DNA of 64,000 nt from Escherichia coli (GCF_003334815.1 NZ_QOWO01000016.1); one strand, 5' to 3'; shown: positions 8,798 to 18,814, counted from the stretch's first letter. The notes: generated by a model from the letters alone, not told the origin. Translations and numbers: made by a program.

Positions 8798-10625
8798 ATT
8801 TGAGCTTAAGGCGTTGATCACCGGTGTCGACAGGCTTTCTCCCGCGCTGTCGAAAATGCAAAAGAAAATCCGGGGATTTAAACGCCAGGCGGAAGAAGCG
8901 TCACAGGGGGGGCTGGCGCTTGGTGGCGGACTGGCAGCGGGTCTGACGCTTTCCCTGAAATCTTATGCCGATCAGGAAAACGCTGCCACCGGGCTGAAAG
9001 TCGCCATGATGGATGCGAACGGCGAGGTTGGAAAGCGCTTTCAGGACATCAATAAACTGGCTATTGGCCTGGGTAACCAGCTACCCGGTACAACGGCTGA
9101 TTTCCAGAACATGATGCAGATGCTGGTGCGTCAGGGGATCCCGGCAGAAAACATTCTTGGCGGTGTGGGTAAAGCGACAGCTTATCTTGCGGTACAACTG
9201 AAAAAAACACCGGAAGCGGCTGCCGAGTTTGCCGCAAAGATGCAGGATGCTACCGGAACGGCGTCAGAAGACATGATGGGGCTGTTCGACACAATTCAGA
9301 AGGCGTTTTATCTGGGCGTTGACGATACCAACATGTTGTCCTTCTTCACTAAAACCAGCTCTGTTCTGAAGATGGTGAACAAGGACGGTCTTCAGGCTGC
9401 ACAGAGCCTTGCCCCCATCAGCGTCATGATGGATCAGATGGGGATGAACGGGGAGTCGGCAGGTAACGCCCTGCGAAAAGTTATCCAGTCCGGATTAAGC
9501 GTTAAGAAAATCAGGGACGTCAATAAAATCATGGCCCGCCAGAAACTCGGGGTACAGCTCGATTTTACTGACGGCAAAGGGAGTTTTGGCGGTCTTGATA
9601 ACATGTTCAGGCAACTGGCAAAGCTGCGAAAACTGACCGACGTTAAACGAACTGGTGTACTTAAGGCAATATTTGGTGATGATGCTGAAACCCTTCAGGT
9701 GGTCAATGCGCTGATCGATAAAGGAAAGGATGGTTACGATCAGATCCAGCAGAAGATGAATAAACAGGCCAGCCTGAATAAACGTGTTCAGGCACAGCTT
9801 GGTACGCTGTCCAACCTGTGGGAGGCAATGACGGGGACCGCAACTAACGGTCTTGCAGCTATTGGCGGCGCATTTTCTGGTGACGCTAAAAATATCACGC
9901 AATGGCTGGGGGAGTTGGGGGAAAAATTCACGAAGTTTGCGGATGAAAATCCCCGGGTTATTCGCGGCGTCGTCGGGCTTGCTGCCGGTCTTGCGATTCT
10001 GAAACTGGGATTGATGGGCGTGGGCGGTGCCATCAGTATTGTCAGCAGGATCATGTCGATGACGCCGATTGGCATGATTGCGACGGCGATAGCCCTGGCT
10101 GCGGGATTAATTATCACTAACTGGGATGTTGTCGGACCTTATTTCAAGAAGCTCTGGGAAACCATTGGTCCTTATTTTGAGGCTGGCTGGGAACTCCTTA
10201 AGAAAGTTTTTGCCTGGTCGCCGCTGGGGATGGTGATCAATAACTGGGGGCCGGTTGTTAAGTGGTTTCAGGATATGTGGGACAAGCTGAAGCCAATTAT
10301 TGAGTGGTTTACCGACAGTTCCGGTGACACGGTCGATGCCATTAACTCTGCGCAGTGGGGCGCGGGTGCTTATGATGCTTATGGGACGGGAATACCGGCG
10401 CGGGGATACACACCTTATCCGGCGGTAGAGCCGGCTCAGTCAAACAACGCCTCCGATGCCACAGGCCCGAATCCCTTCATGATCAACAAAGCTTCTGCGC
10501 CAAAAGTTGATGGTGAGATCAAGGTCTCTTTTGTGAATTCGCCTCCGGGTATGCGGGTTATGGAAACGCGATCCAGCGGTTTTGATGTCAGCCATGATGT
10601 TGGCTATACGCGCTTTGGCAGGTAA
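8790..10625 (+). CDS. tail tape measure protein
   Basis: 611-aa ORF after the chaperone pair. Gly/Ala-rich hydrophobic central segments and an ...LPGTTADFQNMMQMLVRQG... core are typical of tape-measure proteins. Confidence 0.88.
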   Translation: MAEFELKALITGVDRLSPALSKMQKKIRGFKRQAEEASQGGLALGGGLAAGLTLSLKSYADQENAATGLKVAMMDANGEVGKRFQDINKLAIGLGNQLPGTTADFQNMMQMLVRQGIPAENILGGVGKATAYLAVQLKKTPEAAAEFAAKMQDATGTASEDMMGLFDTIQKAFYLGVDDTNMLSFFTKTSSVLKMVNKDGLQAAQSLAPISVMMDQMGMNGESAGNALRKVIQSGLSVKKIRDVNKIMARQKLGVQLDFTDGKGSFGGLDNMFRQLAKLRKLTDVKRTGVLKAIFGDDAETLQVVNALIDKGKDGYDQIQQKMNKQASLNKRVQAQLGTLSNLWEAMTGTATNGLAAIGGAFSGDAKNITQWLGELGEKFTKFADENPRVIRGVVGLAAGLAILKLGLMGVGGAISIVSRIMSMTPIGMIATAIALAAGLIITNWDVVGPYFKKLWETIGPYFEAGWELLKKVFAWSPLGMVINNWGPVVKWFQDMWDKLKPIIEWFTDSSGDTVDAINSAQWGAGAYDAYGTGIPARGYTPYPAVEPAQSNNASDATGPNPFMINKASAPKVDGEIKVSFVNSPPGMRVMETRSSGFDVSHDVGYTRFGR

Positions 10626-10649
10626 TGAAAAATTAATCTGTTAATGAGT

Positions 10650-10670
10650 CCCACTCCGGTGGGATTTTTT
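10650..10670 (+). terminator. short hairpin plus T-run between tape measure and gpN-like gene (possible attenuator)
   Basis: CCCAC-TCCG-GTGGG followed by ATTTTTT. The stem is only 5 bp. Confidence 0.3.
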
Positions 10671-10685
10671 ATGTACGGAGTTTAT

Positions 10686-12014
10686 ATGACGTGGAAAGAC
10701 AGACTTCAGGACGCGTCATTTCGCGGTGTGCCGTTTAAGGTTGAAGAAGAAAGTGCGGGAACCGGTCGCCGTGTGGAAACACATGAATACCCGAACCGCG
10801 ACAAACCCTATACCGAAGACCTGGGGAAAATCACTTTCCGCCCGTCCATCACGGCTTATGTGGTGGGAGATGACTGTTTTGACCAGCGCGATCGCCTGAT
10901 TGACGCGCTGAATAAACCCGGTCCCGGCACGCTTGTCCATCCGACATACGGTGAGCTGAAAGTCTGTGTTGACGGGGAAGTTCGGGTCAGCACATCGAAA
11001 AGTGAAGGACGTATTGTCCGCTTTGACCTGAAGTTTGTCGAAGCGGGAGAACTCTCTTACCCCACATCAGGTGCGGCGACGGCGCAGACGCTGATGTCAT
11101 CCTGTTCTGCACTGGATGACTGCATCAGTGACAGTTTCAGTAGTTTCAGTATCGATGGCGTGGCAGATTTTGTGCAGAACGACGTCGTCGGTAATGCCAG
11201 CACAATGCTTGGGTATGTTTCTGATGCGATGAAAGTGGTGGATTCTGCCGTATCGGATGCCGCCAGGCTGTTGCAGGGGGATATCTCGGTACTTCTGCCG
11301 CCGCCATCGTCAGGCAAAAATTTCGTTGAGCAGGTGCAGAAAATGTGGCGTACCGGGAAACGCCTTTATGGTAACGCCAGCGACCTGGTCACCATGATCA
11401 AAACGCTTTCCGGTGTCAGCCTCGGCAGCGATCTGCAACCGCGCGGCGTCTGGAAAACGGACAGTAAAACCACCGCCACGGCTACGCAGCAGCGTAACGT
11501 GGTTGCCAGCACCCTTCGTACGACCGCAATCAGCGAAGCGGCGTATGCCGTCACCCGATTGCCTGCGCCAACAACTTCCGCGGTGATGCAGAATGCCGCA
11601 GTGGGGCAGGCAACAACACCTGCGCAGAGCACTGGCTGGCCTTCCGTCACGCATCCGGCACTGAACAATGCACCGGCGGTGAAAAACACAGTTGACCTGC
11701 CGACGTGGGAAGAACTGACTGACATTCGCGACACACTGAATACGGCAATTGATAAGGAGTTGTCCCGTACAACCAGTGATGCGCTGTTTCTGGCGCTGCG
11801 CCGGGTGAAAGCAGATCTGAATGCGGATATCAACACGCGCCTTGAACAGTCTGCACGGATCATTCAGCGCACGCCGGATGAGGTTTTACCCGCGCTGGTG
11901 CTGGCGGCGACCTGGTTTGATAACGCGGCGCGTGACGCGGACATTATCCGGCGTAATGCCATTACGCATCCCGGCTTTGTGCCGGTGATCCCTCTGAAGG
12001 TGCCAGTGCAATGA
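10686..12014 (+). CDS. Mu gpN-like DNA circularisation / tail protein
   Basis: ORF 10644..12014. I prefer ATG 10686 (GGAG SD 6 nt upstream). The N-terminus MTWKDRLQDASFRGVPFKVEEESAGTGRRVETHEYPNRDKPYTEDLG matches the conserved Mu N N-terminal domain pattern. Confidence 0.82.
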   Translation: MTWKDRLQDASFRGVPFKVEEESAGTGRRVETHEYPNRDKPYTEDLGKITFRPSITAYVVGDDCFDQRDRLIDALNKPGPGTLVHPTYGELKVCVDGEVRVSTSKSEGRIVRFDLKFVEAGELSYPTSGAATAQTLMSSCSALDDCISDSFSSFSIDGVADFVQNDVVGNASTMLGYVSDAMKVVDSAVSDAARLLQGDISVLLPPPSSGKNFVEQVQKMWRTGKRLYGNASDLVTMIKTLSGVSLGSDLQPRGVWKTDSKTTATATQQRNVVASTLRTTAISEAAYAVTRLPAPTTSAVMQNAAVGQATTPAQSTGWPSVTHPALNNAPAVKNTVDLPTWEELTDIRDTLNTAIDKELSRTTSDALFLALRRVKADLNADINTRLEQSARIIQRTPDEVLPALVLAATWFDNAARDADIIRRNAITHPGFVPVIPLKVPVQ

Positions 12015-13090
12015 ACGATAACGTCACGCTACGGGTAAATGGCCGGGAGTGGAATGGCTGGACATCGGTGCGCATCGGTGCCGGTATTGAACGGCTGGCG
12101 CGGGATTTCAGTGTGGAGATCACTCGCCAGTGGCCGGGAGATGAGGGTATCACCACGCTTCAGCCGCGCATTAAAAACGGTTCAAAAGTGGAAGTGCTGA
12201 TTGGTGATGAGCTGGTGATCACCGGCTGGGTGGAGGCGACGCCCGTTCGGTACGATGCCCGTTCGGTCAGCACCGGTATTGCCGGACGCAGTCTGACGGC
12301 TGACCTGATTGACTGTGCAGCCGAACCGACACAGTTTAACGGACGCTCGCTGGTGCAGATTGCGCAGGCGCTTGCTGCGCCTTTCGGTATTGAGGTGGTG
12401 AACAGCGGTGCGCCGTCGGGTGTTATTCCTGATGTTCAGCCTGATCACGGTGAAACGGTGATTGAGGTAATCAACAAAATACTCGGTCAGCAGCAGGCGC
12501 TGGCTTACGACGACCCGCACGGCAGGCTGGTGATTGGCGGTATTGGCTCAACGCGGGCACATACCGCGCTGGTACTTGGGGAAAACATCCTTTCCTGTGA
12601 TACGGAGAAGAGTATCCGGGAGCGGTTTTCTGTTTACCAGGTGGCGGGGCAGCGTGCCGGAAACGACGATGATTTCGGTGAGGCCACCACCACCGCGCTG
12701 CGGGCCCGCACAGAGGACGCATTTATTGCCCGTTACCGTCCGATGTATATCAGGCAGACAGGGCAGGCTACGGGGGCAGGCTGTATTGCGCGTGCTGACT
12801 TTGAAGCCCGGCAACGGGCGGCGCGGACGGATGAAACCACCTATGTGGTGCAGGGCTGGCGACAGGGTAACGGTACGCTGTGGCAACCCAACCAGCGGGT
12901 GATTGTCTTTGATCCGGTCTGTGGTTTTGACAATACCGAACTGCTTGTTTCGGAAGTCACGTTTACTCAGGACCAGAACGGCACCCTGACGGAAATCCGT
13001 GTCGGCCCGCCTGATGCTTATCTGCCTGAACCTGAAGCCCCCGGCGCGCGGAAAAAGAAAAAAGCCAGAGTACAGGAGGACCCGTTCTGA
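12011..13090 (+). CDS. baseplate hub protein (Mu gpP / gp44-like)
   Basis: 359-aa ORF with ATGA overlap to the gpN-like gene. Order N-P-V-gp46-J-gp48 follows the Mu baseplate module. Confidence 0.78.
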   Translation: MNDNVTLRVNGREWNGWTSVRIGAGIERLARDFSVEITRQWPGDEGITTLQPRIKNGSKVEVLIGDELVITGWVEATPVRYDARSVSTGIAGRSLTADLIDCAAEPTQFNGRSLVQIAQALAAPFGIEVVNSGAPSGVIPDVQPDHGETVIEVINKILGQQQALAYDDPHGRLVIGGIGSTRAHTALVLGENILSCDTEKSIRERFSVYQVAGQRAGNDDDFGEATTTALRARTEDAFIARYRPMYIRQTGQATGAGCIARADFEARQRAARTDETTYVVQGWRQGNGTLWQPNQRVIVFDPVCGFDNTELLVSEVTFTQDQNGTLTEIRVGPPDAYLPEPEAPGARKKKKARVQEDPF

Positions 13091-13638
13091 TGAGGACGAT
13101 TGAAGCCATGCAGCGACAACTTCTCGGCCTGATTGGGCGGGCAGTGGTGAAAAGCATCAGTGCCGCCACGAAATGTCAGACCGTGGATGTGTCCCTGATT
13201 GCCGGTGAACCCAAAGCCGGGGTTGAACATCTTGAACCCTACGGTTTTACCGCAAGGGCAAACAGCGGTGCGGAAGCGGTGGTGTTGTTTCCGGATGGCG
13301 ACCGTTCTCATGCGGTGGTTGTTACGGTGTCGGACCGGCGCTACCGCCTGAAAGGGCTGCAGACGGGTGAGGTGGCTGTCTATGACGATCAGGGGCAGTC
13401 TGTGACGCTGACCCGGGAGGGGATCGTGGTGGACGGTGCAGGTAAAACGATCACGTTTCGCAATGCGCCCAGAGCACGTTTTGAAATGGACCTGGAAGTG
13501 ACCGGACAGGTGAAAGACCTGTGCGACTCCGGCGGCACCACCATGTCAGCGATGCGGCTTGCCTATAACGGCCATTGTCACAGAGAGAACGGTCAGGGCA
13601 GTAACACCGACAAACCGGATAAAGCGATGGAGGCATGA
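13090..13638 (+). CDS. baseplate assembly protein V / central spike (Mu gp45-like)
   Basis: 182 aa. The pattern ...VEHLEPYGFTARANSGAEAVVLFPDGDRSHAVVV... is typical of gpV-type OB-fold spikes. Confidence 0.8.
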   Translation: MRTIEAMQRQLLGLIGRAVVKSISAATKCQTVDVSLIAGEPKAGVEHLEPYGFTARANSGAEAVVLFPDGDRSHAVVVTVSDRRYRLKGLQTGEVAVYDDQGQSVTLTREGIVVDGAGKTITFRNAPRARFEMDLEVTGQVKDLCDSGGTTMSAMRLAYNGHCHRENGQGSNTDKPDKAMEA

Positions 13639-14063
13639 TGGAACTGTGGCTGACGGTGAACGGTAAACGCACCTGCGCCAGCGCACCGCTGGATCCGCTG
13701 ACCCGCGCCGTGGTGATTTCCCTGTTTACCTGGCGGCGGGCGGAGCCTGATGACAATGCCGACGTCCCGATGGGATGGTGGGGGGATACCTGGCCTGCGG
13801 TACAGAATGACCGTTACGGCTCCCGGCTGTGGCTGCTTCAGCGCGGCAAACTGACCAATCAGCTGGTGCAGACGGTAAGGGGGTATATCCGCGAATGCCT
13901 GCAATGGATGATTGATGACGGTGTGGTGTCCCGTATTGATCTGGATATCCGCCGCACCGGGATTAATGAACTGGGTAACAGTATCACTCTCTGGCGTCGT
14001 GACGGACCGGTAATGATTTCTTTTGATGATCTGTGGAGTGCGATAACGCATGGCGGACAGTGA
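13635..14063 (+). CDS. baseplate protein (Mu gp46-like / gpW-like)
   Basis: 142-aa ORF with overlapping start and stop, positioned between the V-like and J-like genes. Confidence 0.68.
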   Translation: MMELWLTVNGKRTCASAPLDPLTRAVVISLFTWRRAEPDDNADVPMGWWGDTWPAVQNDRYGSRLWLLQRGKLTNQLVQTVRGYIRECLQWMIDDGVVSRIDLDIRRTGINELGNSITLWRRDGPVMISFDDLWSAITHGGQ

Positions 14064-15108
14064 ATTTCAGCGCCCGACGCTGGCAGAAAATATCAGTATG
14101 CTCCGTAACGATTTATTCGCCAGGCTGGACGTCAGCGACACGCTCCGGCGCATGGATGAAGACGTGCGGGCAAAGGTGTATGCGGCGGCGCTGCATACGG
14201 TTTACGGTTACATCGATTATCTGGCAATGAACATGCTGCCTGACCTGTGCGATGAGTCCTGGCTGGCGCGACATGCTGCGATGAAACGGTGTCCGCGCAA
14301 GGGGGCCACGTCTGCCAGCGGGTATATGCGCTGGGAAGGTGTCAGCGATGGCCTGAAGGTGACCGCCGGGAGTGTTATTCAGCGCGATGACCTGGTTCAG
14401 TACACGGCAACTTCTGATGCAACCAGCTCAGGTGGAGTCCTGCGCGTGCCGATCGCCTGCTCAACTGCAGGCGCGGTCGGTAACGCTGACGACGGTACGG
14501 CATTAATCCTGGTCACGCCGGTGAATGGTCTGCCGTCTTCCGGTGTGGCAGATACCCTGACTGGCGGATTCGATACTGAAGATCTGGAAACGTGGCGCGC
14601 CCGCGTCATTGAGCGGTATTACTGGACGCCGCAGGGCGGGGCTGACGGGGACTATGTCGTCTGGGCTAAAGAAGTGCCCGGCATTACCCGCGCATGGACA
14701 TACCGTCACTGGATGGGAACGGGGACTGTCGGTGTGATGATTGCCGGCAGTGACCTGATTAATCCCATTCCGGAAGAATCAACGGAAACGGCGGCAAGAC
14801 AACATATCGGGCCACTGGCCCCGGTGGCAGGCTCTGATTTGTATGTGTTCAGGCCGGCGGCGCATACGGTGGATTTTCATATCCGCGTGACGCCGGACAC
14901 ACCAGAAATACGGGCTGCCATTACCGCGGAGTTGCGTTCGTTCCTGCTGCGTGATGGTTATCCGCAGGGAGAACTGAAGGTATCGCGTATCAGTGAGGCG
15001 ATTTCCGGTGCGAACGGGGAATACAGCCATCAGTTGCTTGCACCGGCGGACAATATCTCCATTGCAAAAAATGAACTGGCGGTTCTGGGGACGATTTCAT
15101 GGACGTGA
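14050..15108 (+). CDS. baseplate wedge protein (gpJ / Mu gp47-like)
   Basis: 352-aa ORF in the canonical position. Size fits the Baseplate_J family. Confidence 0.82.
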   Translation: MADSEFQRPTLAENISMLRNDLFARLDVSDTLRRMDEDVRAKVYAAALHTVYGYIDYLAMNMLPDLCDESWLARHAAMKRCPRKGATSASGYMRWEGVSDGLKVTAGSVIQRDDLVQYTATSDATSSGGVLRVPIACSTAGAVGNADDGTALILVTPVNGLPSSGVADTLTGGFDTEDLETWRARVIERYYWTPQGGADGDYVVWAKEVPGITRAWTYRHWMGTGTVGVMIAGSDLINPIPEESTETAARQHIGPLAPVAGSDLYVFRPAAHTVDFHIRVTPDTPEIRAAITAELRSFLLRDGYPQGELKVSRISEAISGANGEYSHQLLAPADNISIAKNELAVLGTISWT

Positions 15109-15683
15109 CAAACGATGATTACATCCGTCTGTTGTCGGCACTGCTGCCGCCCGGTCCGGCGTGGTCAGCCAGCGATCCGGCGATTGCCGGTACGGCACCG
15201 TCATTAACCCGTGTTCATCAGCGTGCGGATGCCCTGATGCGGGAGCTGGATCCGCGCACCACCACCGAACTGATAAACCGCTGGGAGCGTCTGTGCGGCC
15301 TGCCGGATGAATGTATTCCTACAGGGACACAGACCCTTCGCCAGCGCCAGCAACGGCTGGATGCGAAGGTTAACCTGTCGGGTGGCATCAACGAGGATTT
15401 TTATCTTGCACAGCTTGCTGCCCTGGGCAGACCAGATGCTACCATCACGCGATACGACAAAAGCACGTTCACCTGCTCATCGGCCTGTACTGACGCGGTG
15501 AATGCGCCGGAATGGCGGTATTACTGGCAGATCAACATGCCAGCCGCCACCAACACCACCTGGATGACATGTGGCGATCCCTGTGATTCCGCACTGCGTA
15601 TCTGGGGCGACACCGTTGTCGAATGTGTGCTTAACAAACTCTGCCCGTCGCATACCTACGTAATTTTTAAATATCCGGAGTAA
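15099..15683 (+). CDS. baseplate/tail protein YmfQ-like (Mu gp48, DUF2313)
   Basis: 194 aa, the same length and position as e14 YmfQ, directly upstream of the fibre gene. Confidence 0.78.
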   Translation: MDVTNDDYIRLLSALLPPGPAWSASDPAIAGTAPSLTRVHQRADALMRELDPRTTTELINRWERLCGLPDECIPTGTQTLRQRQQRLDAKVNLSGGINEDFYLAQLAALGRPDATITRYDKSTFTCSSACTDAVNAPEWRYYWQINMPAATNTTWMTCGDPCDSALRIWGDTVVECVLNKLCPSHTYVIFKYPE

Positions 15684-15686
15684 TCC

Positions 15687-16367
15687 ATGCATCGTATAGA
15701 CACGAAAACCGCGCAGAAGGATAAGTTCGGCGCGGGTAAGAACGGTTTTACCCGTGGTAACCCCCAGACTGGCACGCCTGCCACCGATCTGGATGATGAC
15801 TACTTTGATATGTTGCAGGAAGAACTCTGCAGCGTGGTGGAGGCATCCGGTGCCAGCCTGGAGAAGGCGCGGCACGACCAGTTGCTTACCGCGCTTCGTG
15901 CGCTGCTGTTAAGCCGCAAGAATCCGTTTGGCGATATCAAATCGGATGGCACGGTGAAAACGGCTCTCGAAAACCTTGGTTTGGGAGAAGCGGCAACGAG
16001 GAACGTCGGAACGGATACCGGGCAAGTACCAGATATGAGTAGTTTTACAACGGGGTACTCTGGAGCAGCAGACTGGCCGAATAGTAAATCTGGATGGAGT
16101 AAGGGGCCGGATGGGGTAATTACACAATGGGGTATTTTCGGTTTCCCCGTTGGACAGACAGGGACGAATGTTGTTTTCCCGCTACCTTTCCCCGCGCGGG
16201 TCGAATCAATTACACTGACAATGGCAGATATCCAGGAGTCTCTGCTTTCTCCAGCAACCATGCCTGCTTATGGAGTTAACTCAACTGGTACTTCAAGAAC
16301 GGGTTTTACAGCCCGTATGTCAGGCGCCGGTGGGTTTAATCTTTGCTATATAGCGAAAGGGAGATAA
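15687..16367 (+). CDS. tail fibre protein: constant N-terminal part fused to currently expressed variable C-terminus (StfP/YcfK-like)
   Basis: 226-aa ORF that crosses the left invertase crossover site at 15964-15989 (...ALENLGLGE|AATRNVG...). Confidence 0.8.
   Translation: MHRIDTKTAQKDKFGAGKNGFTRGNPQTGTPATDLDDDYFDMLQEELCSVVEASGASLEKARHDQLLTALRALLLSRKNPFGDIKSDGTVKTALENLGLGEAATRNVGTDTGQVPDMSSFTTGYSGAADWPNSKSGWSKGPDGVITQWGIFGFPVGQTGTNVVFPLPFPARVESITLTMADIQESLLSPATMPAYGVNSTGTSRTGFTARMSGAGGFNLCYIAKGR
15964..15989. promoter_or_regulatory. left crossover site for the Pin-family invertase (pix/gix/hix-type 26-mer)
   Basis: CTCTCGAAAACCTTGGTTTGGGAGAA. Its reverse complement TTCTCCCAAACC-AA-GGTTTTCGAGAG shares the first 14 nt and the central AA with the site at 17857-17882, in inverted orientation. 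Confidence 0.7.
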
Positions 16368-16371
16368 CAGA

Positions 16372-16815
16372 ATGAATAAAGTTAAAAGTGTTTACAGCCC
16401 GTCCGAAAATGCAATCTACAACGCAGCGCTATATGAAAGTTATATCAAGGAGGGGACATGGCCGCAGGATGGTATTGAAATCAGCGATGAGGATGCTGTC
16501 AGATTTAATGGGGGAAATAAGCCAACAGGAAAAATGCTGGGAATGGTTTCAGGGACCCTTGCATGGGTTGATGAGCCGCCGCTTTCACCAGAACAGAAAA
16601 TATCAGATGCAGAAAACATGAAAGCCACATTTCGTGCAAAAGCTGACAGTGAAATATCCTGGCGTCAGGATGCTGTTGATGCTGGTATCGCAACTGATGA
16701 AGAAACTTCAACTCTCACCCAATGGAAGAAATACCGTGTGCTGCTGATGCGTGTTGATACTTCAACAGCACCCGATATTGAATGGCCTACGCCTCCGGCA
16801 GTCCAGGCCAGATGA
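16372..16815 (+). CDS. tail fibre assembly protein (for the currently expressed fibre variant)
   Basis: 147-aa ORF 4 nt after the fibre stop. The C-terminus ...WKKYRVLLMRVDTSTAPDIEWPTPP is the conserved Tfa chaperone tail. Confidence 0.8.
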   Translation: MNKVKSVYSPSENAIYNAALYESYIKEGTWPQDGIEISDEDAVRFNGGNKPTGKMLGMVSGTLAWVDEPPLSPEQKISDAENMKATFRAKADSEISWRQDAVDAGIATDEETSTLTQWKKYRVLLMRVDTSTAPDIEWPTPPAVQAR

Positions 16816-17389
16816 CGTCCGGCGCTGTGCTGGTATCTGTTGCCGTCACCGCGTCAATGTAATCCAGCACGGCGTTAAGTCGGGTTGTTTCTGCCGGCGT
16901 CAACTTCCGTCCGGCCTGTAATTTCAACTGAATCAGACTGATGGAAGCCATTGCAGCATCAATCAGATACTGGCGCTGTGCTTCTGCCGCTTCTACTGCG
17001 GCGCTATGCTGTGCCTCAGTATCCGTCACCCATTTCTCACCATCCCATTTATCGTATGGCGTTAATGGGGCGATAGTGGTTGTATTATCAGGGTAATCAC
17101 CCGGAGCTGTGATTTCTTTGGCGTCTCCCGTTTCGGTGCTATAGACAATTTCACCACGATGGTCTGACACATATTCCCATGATTTTAAATCCATAGAACG
17201 GCAGATAGCATAACCCGCCTTATATGTGCCAGGTTCATCCAGACAGGAATATGCAGGGATACCGACACCAATGGCAAGATATTCATTTGAAGTAGAAATA
17301 TATTCCCGAGTTTTACCATCATAGTTATAGACGGTAATATTCCCCGCCTTCGTGGCAATAAGCTCGCTATTTAATACGGCGTTATCCAT
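16787..17389 (-). CDS. tfaE: tail fibre assembly protein TfaE-like (silent orientation)
   Basis: 200 aa, near-identical as I recall to K-12 e14 TfaE (MDNAVLNSELIA.KAGNITVYNYDG.TREYISTSNEYLA...). Convergent with the other tfa gene, overlapping it by 29 nt. Confidence 0.88.
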   Translation of the reverse strand: MDNAVLNSELIATKAGNITVYNYDGKTREYISTSNEYLAIGVGIPAYSCLDEPGTYKAGYAICRSMDLKSWEYVSDHRGEIVYSTETGDAKEITAPGDYPDNTTTIAPLTPYDKWDGEKWVTDTEAQHSAAVEAAEAQRQYLIDAAMASISLIQLKLQAGRKLTPAETTRLNAVLDYIDAVTATDTSTAPDVIWPGLPEA

Positions 17390-17882
17390 TATGCAGCCCT
17401 CACGATATAGTTAAATGCAATATTTCGTGGACGGGTTTCACTCCCGCCAGTATTACCGATACTCCCTCGTGAATGAAGTGTCGGTGATGGGATCAGACTC
17501 CCTCCTGTATTTGTGGCATCAAGTCCCCGTCCTTGTGTGTATGTCTTTTTGAAAATCGTAGCCAGTTCCCATTCATCTTTTGTGTCGTAACCATCATTGG
17601 CAACAACAATATGGCGGTGTTTTTCCAGCATCCCTGTCTGAATGCTCAATAAAACACGTCCTGCATCAATACCGCGCCCGTCATCCCAGCCACGAATAAA
17701 CTCACCACGTAAATCAGGCAATTTATTTGTCGGATAAGCCTTTGCCAGTTCCGGGTATTCTTCAGCAGAAAAAGCCGCACCGTTGCATTTCAGCCAGCCT
17801 GTTGGCGGTGTGGCTGAAGGCCATGGAACAGGCACACCAACAGGTAATGCAGAGCCTTCTCCCAAACCAACGTTTATGAAAA
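17389..17882 (-). CDS. stfE: promoterless alternative tail-fibre C-terminal cassette (StfE-like, collar-type receptor-binding domain)
   Basis: The open frame enters from the right crossover site (...GLGE|GSALPVGVPVPWPSATPPTGWLKCNGAAFSAEEYPELAKAY...PDLRGEFIRGWDDGRGID...ETRPRNIAFNYIVRAA). The MMPFARYF... start in the track lies outside the segment and is not a real N-terminus. Confidence 0.78.
17857..17882. promoter_or_regulatory. right crossover site for the Pin-family invertase
   Basis: TTCTCCCAAACC-AA-CGTTTATGAAAA: two imperfect 12-bp half-sites around a central AA, matching the architecture of Din-family sites. Confidence 0.7.
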
Positions 17883-17936
17883 TGCAGAAATAACGAGCAA
17901 ATGGCATCATTCCTGCTTTTGTCAGGGAGATCTACT

Positions 17937-18491
17937 ATGCTTATTGGCTATGTACGTGTGTCAACAAATGACCAGAACACAGATCTACAACGTAATGCGC
18001 TGAACTGTGCAGGATGCGAGCTGATTTTTGAAGACAAGATAAGCGGTACAAAGTCCGAAAGGCCGGGACTGAAAAAACTGCTCAGGACATTATCGGCAGG
18101 TGACACTCTGGTTGTCTGGAAGCTGGATCGGCTGGGGCGTAGTATGCGGCATCTGGTCATTCTGGTTGAGGAGTTGCGCGAACGTGGCGTTAATTTTCGC
18201 AGCCTGACGGATGCTATTGATACCAGCACACCGATGGGGCGTTTTTTCTTTCATGTGATGGGTGCCCTGGCTGAAATGGAACGAGAACTGATTGTTGAAC
18301 GAACAAAAGCTGGACTGGAAGCTGCTCGCGCACAGGGACGAATTGGGGGACGTCGTCCCAAACTTACACCAGAACAATGGGCGCAGGCCGGGCGATTAAT
18401 TGCATCAGGCGTTCCTCGCCAGAAGGTGGCGATCATCTATGATGTTGGTGTATCGACACTGTATAAGAAGTTTCCGGTCGGAGATAAATGA
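17937..18491 (+). CDS. pin: serine DNA invertase (Pin/Gin/Cin/Hin family)
   Basis: MLIGYVRVSTNDQNTDLQRNAL... contains the catalytic Ser motif, with a C-terminal HTH. Near-identical to e14 PinE as I recall. I prefer ATG 17937 (GGGAGA SD) over the 17901 start in the track. Confidence 0.93.
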   Translation: MLIGYVRVSTNDQNTDLQRNALNCAGCELIFEDKISGTKSERPGLKKLLRTLSAGDTLVVWKLDRLGRSMRHLVILVEELRERGVNFRSLTDAIDTSTPMGRFFFHVMGALAEMERELIVERTKAGLEAARAQGRIGGRRPKLTPEQWAQAGRLIASGVPRQKVAIIYDVGVSTLYKKFPVGDK

Positions 18492-18590
18492 AACCGCAGG
18501 CTCGTCGTATGCAAGAAAGTGCTGCGGCTGGCTGGTTAACTTCCGATAGTGAGAGTATTGAATGATTTCCAGTCGTTATCGATTTTACGT
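18489..18590. repeat. 102-bp direct repeat, copy R1 (abuts the pin stop codon)
   Basis: TGAAACCGCAGGCTCGTCGTATGCAAGAAAGTGCTGCGG...GATTTTACGT. About 95/102 identical to 21774-21875 by hand alignment. Confidence 0.85.
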
Positions 18591-18785
18591 ATTTTTTGCA
18601 TGAGATGATTTGAACGCCCTAGCACCAACCGTTCATGATTGCACGCCACTGTCTCTAGAACTGCTATGAGCATGAAGCCGCTGTTCAAACTAAGAATTTA
18701 TATGGCACTAACAGAAAAAATGTTACATATATGTTGAGCTTTAACGCAACATAGACATGTTCTATAGTTTGTGTCTCACCACCAG

Positions 18786-18814
18786 TTGAAAAAAAACGAA
18801 AATAGATTAACAAT
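18786..18814 (+). promoter_or_regulatory. candidate sigma70 promoter of the AT-rich cassette
   Basis: TTGAAA (18786-18791), 17-nt spacer, AACAAT (18809-18814), ~35 nt upstream of ATG 18850. In AT-rich DNA such matches arise easily. Confidence 0.3.

Larger units (their letters stand above)
15964..17882. mobile_element. invertible tail-fibre segment (e14 P / Mu G / P1 C-type), ~1.9 kb
   Basis: Bounded by inverted 26-bp sites. Holds two convergent sets of fibre C-terminus plus assembly chaperone. The invertase gene is immediately adjacent. Confidence 0.8.

Noticed and set aside
17901-17936. N-terminal extension of the invertase (MASFLLLSGRST...) and the MMPFARYF... start of the minus-strand fibre ORF at 17910
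   Set aside because: Pin-family invertases start at MLIGY, with an SD at 17925-17930. The fibre ORF extension lies outside the invertible segment and only reflects an open frame across the crossover site.
18487-18564. Mini-ORF inside repeat R1 (MKPQARRMQESAAAGWLTSDSESIE) overlapping the pin stop as ATGA
   Set aside because: The R2 copy has TTG instead of ATG and a premature stop after ...AAAGW. I found no consistent coding signal in either strand across the two copies, so I treat R as a non-coding or remnant junction sequence.
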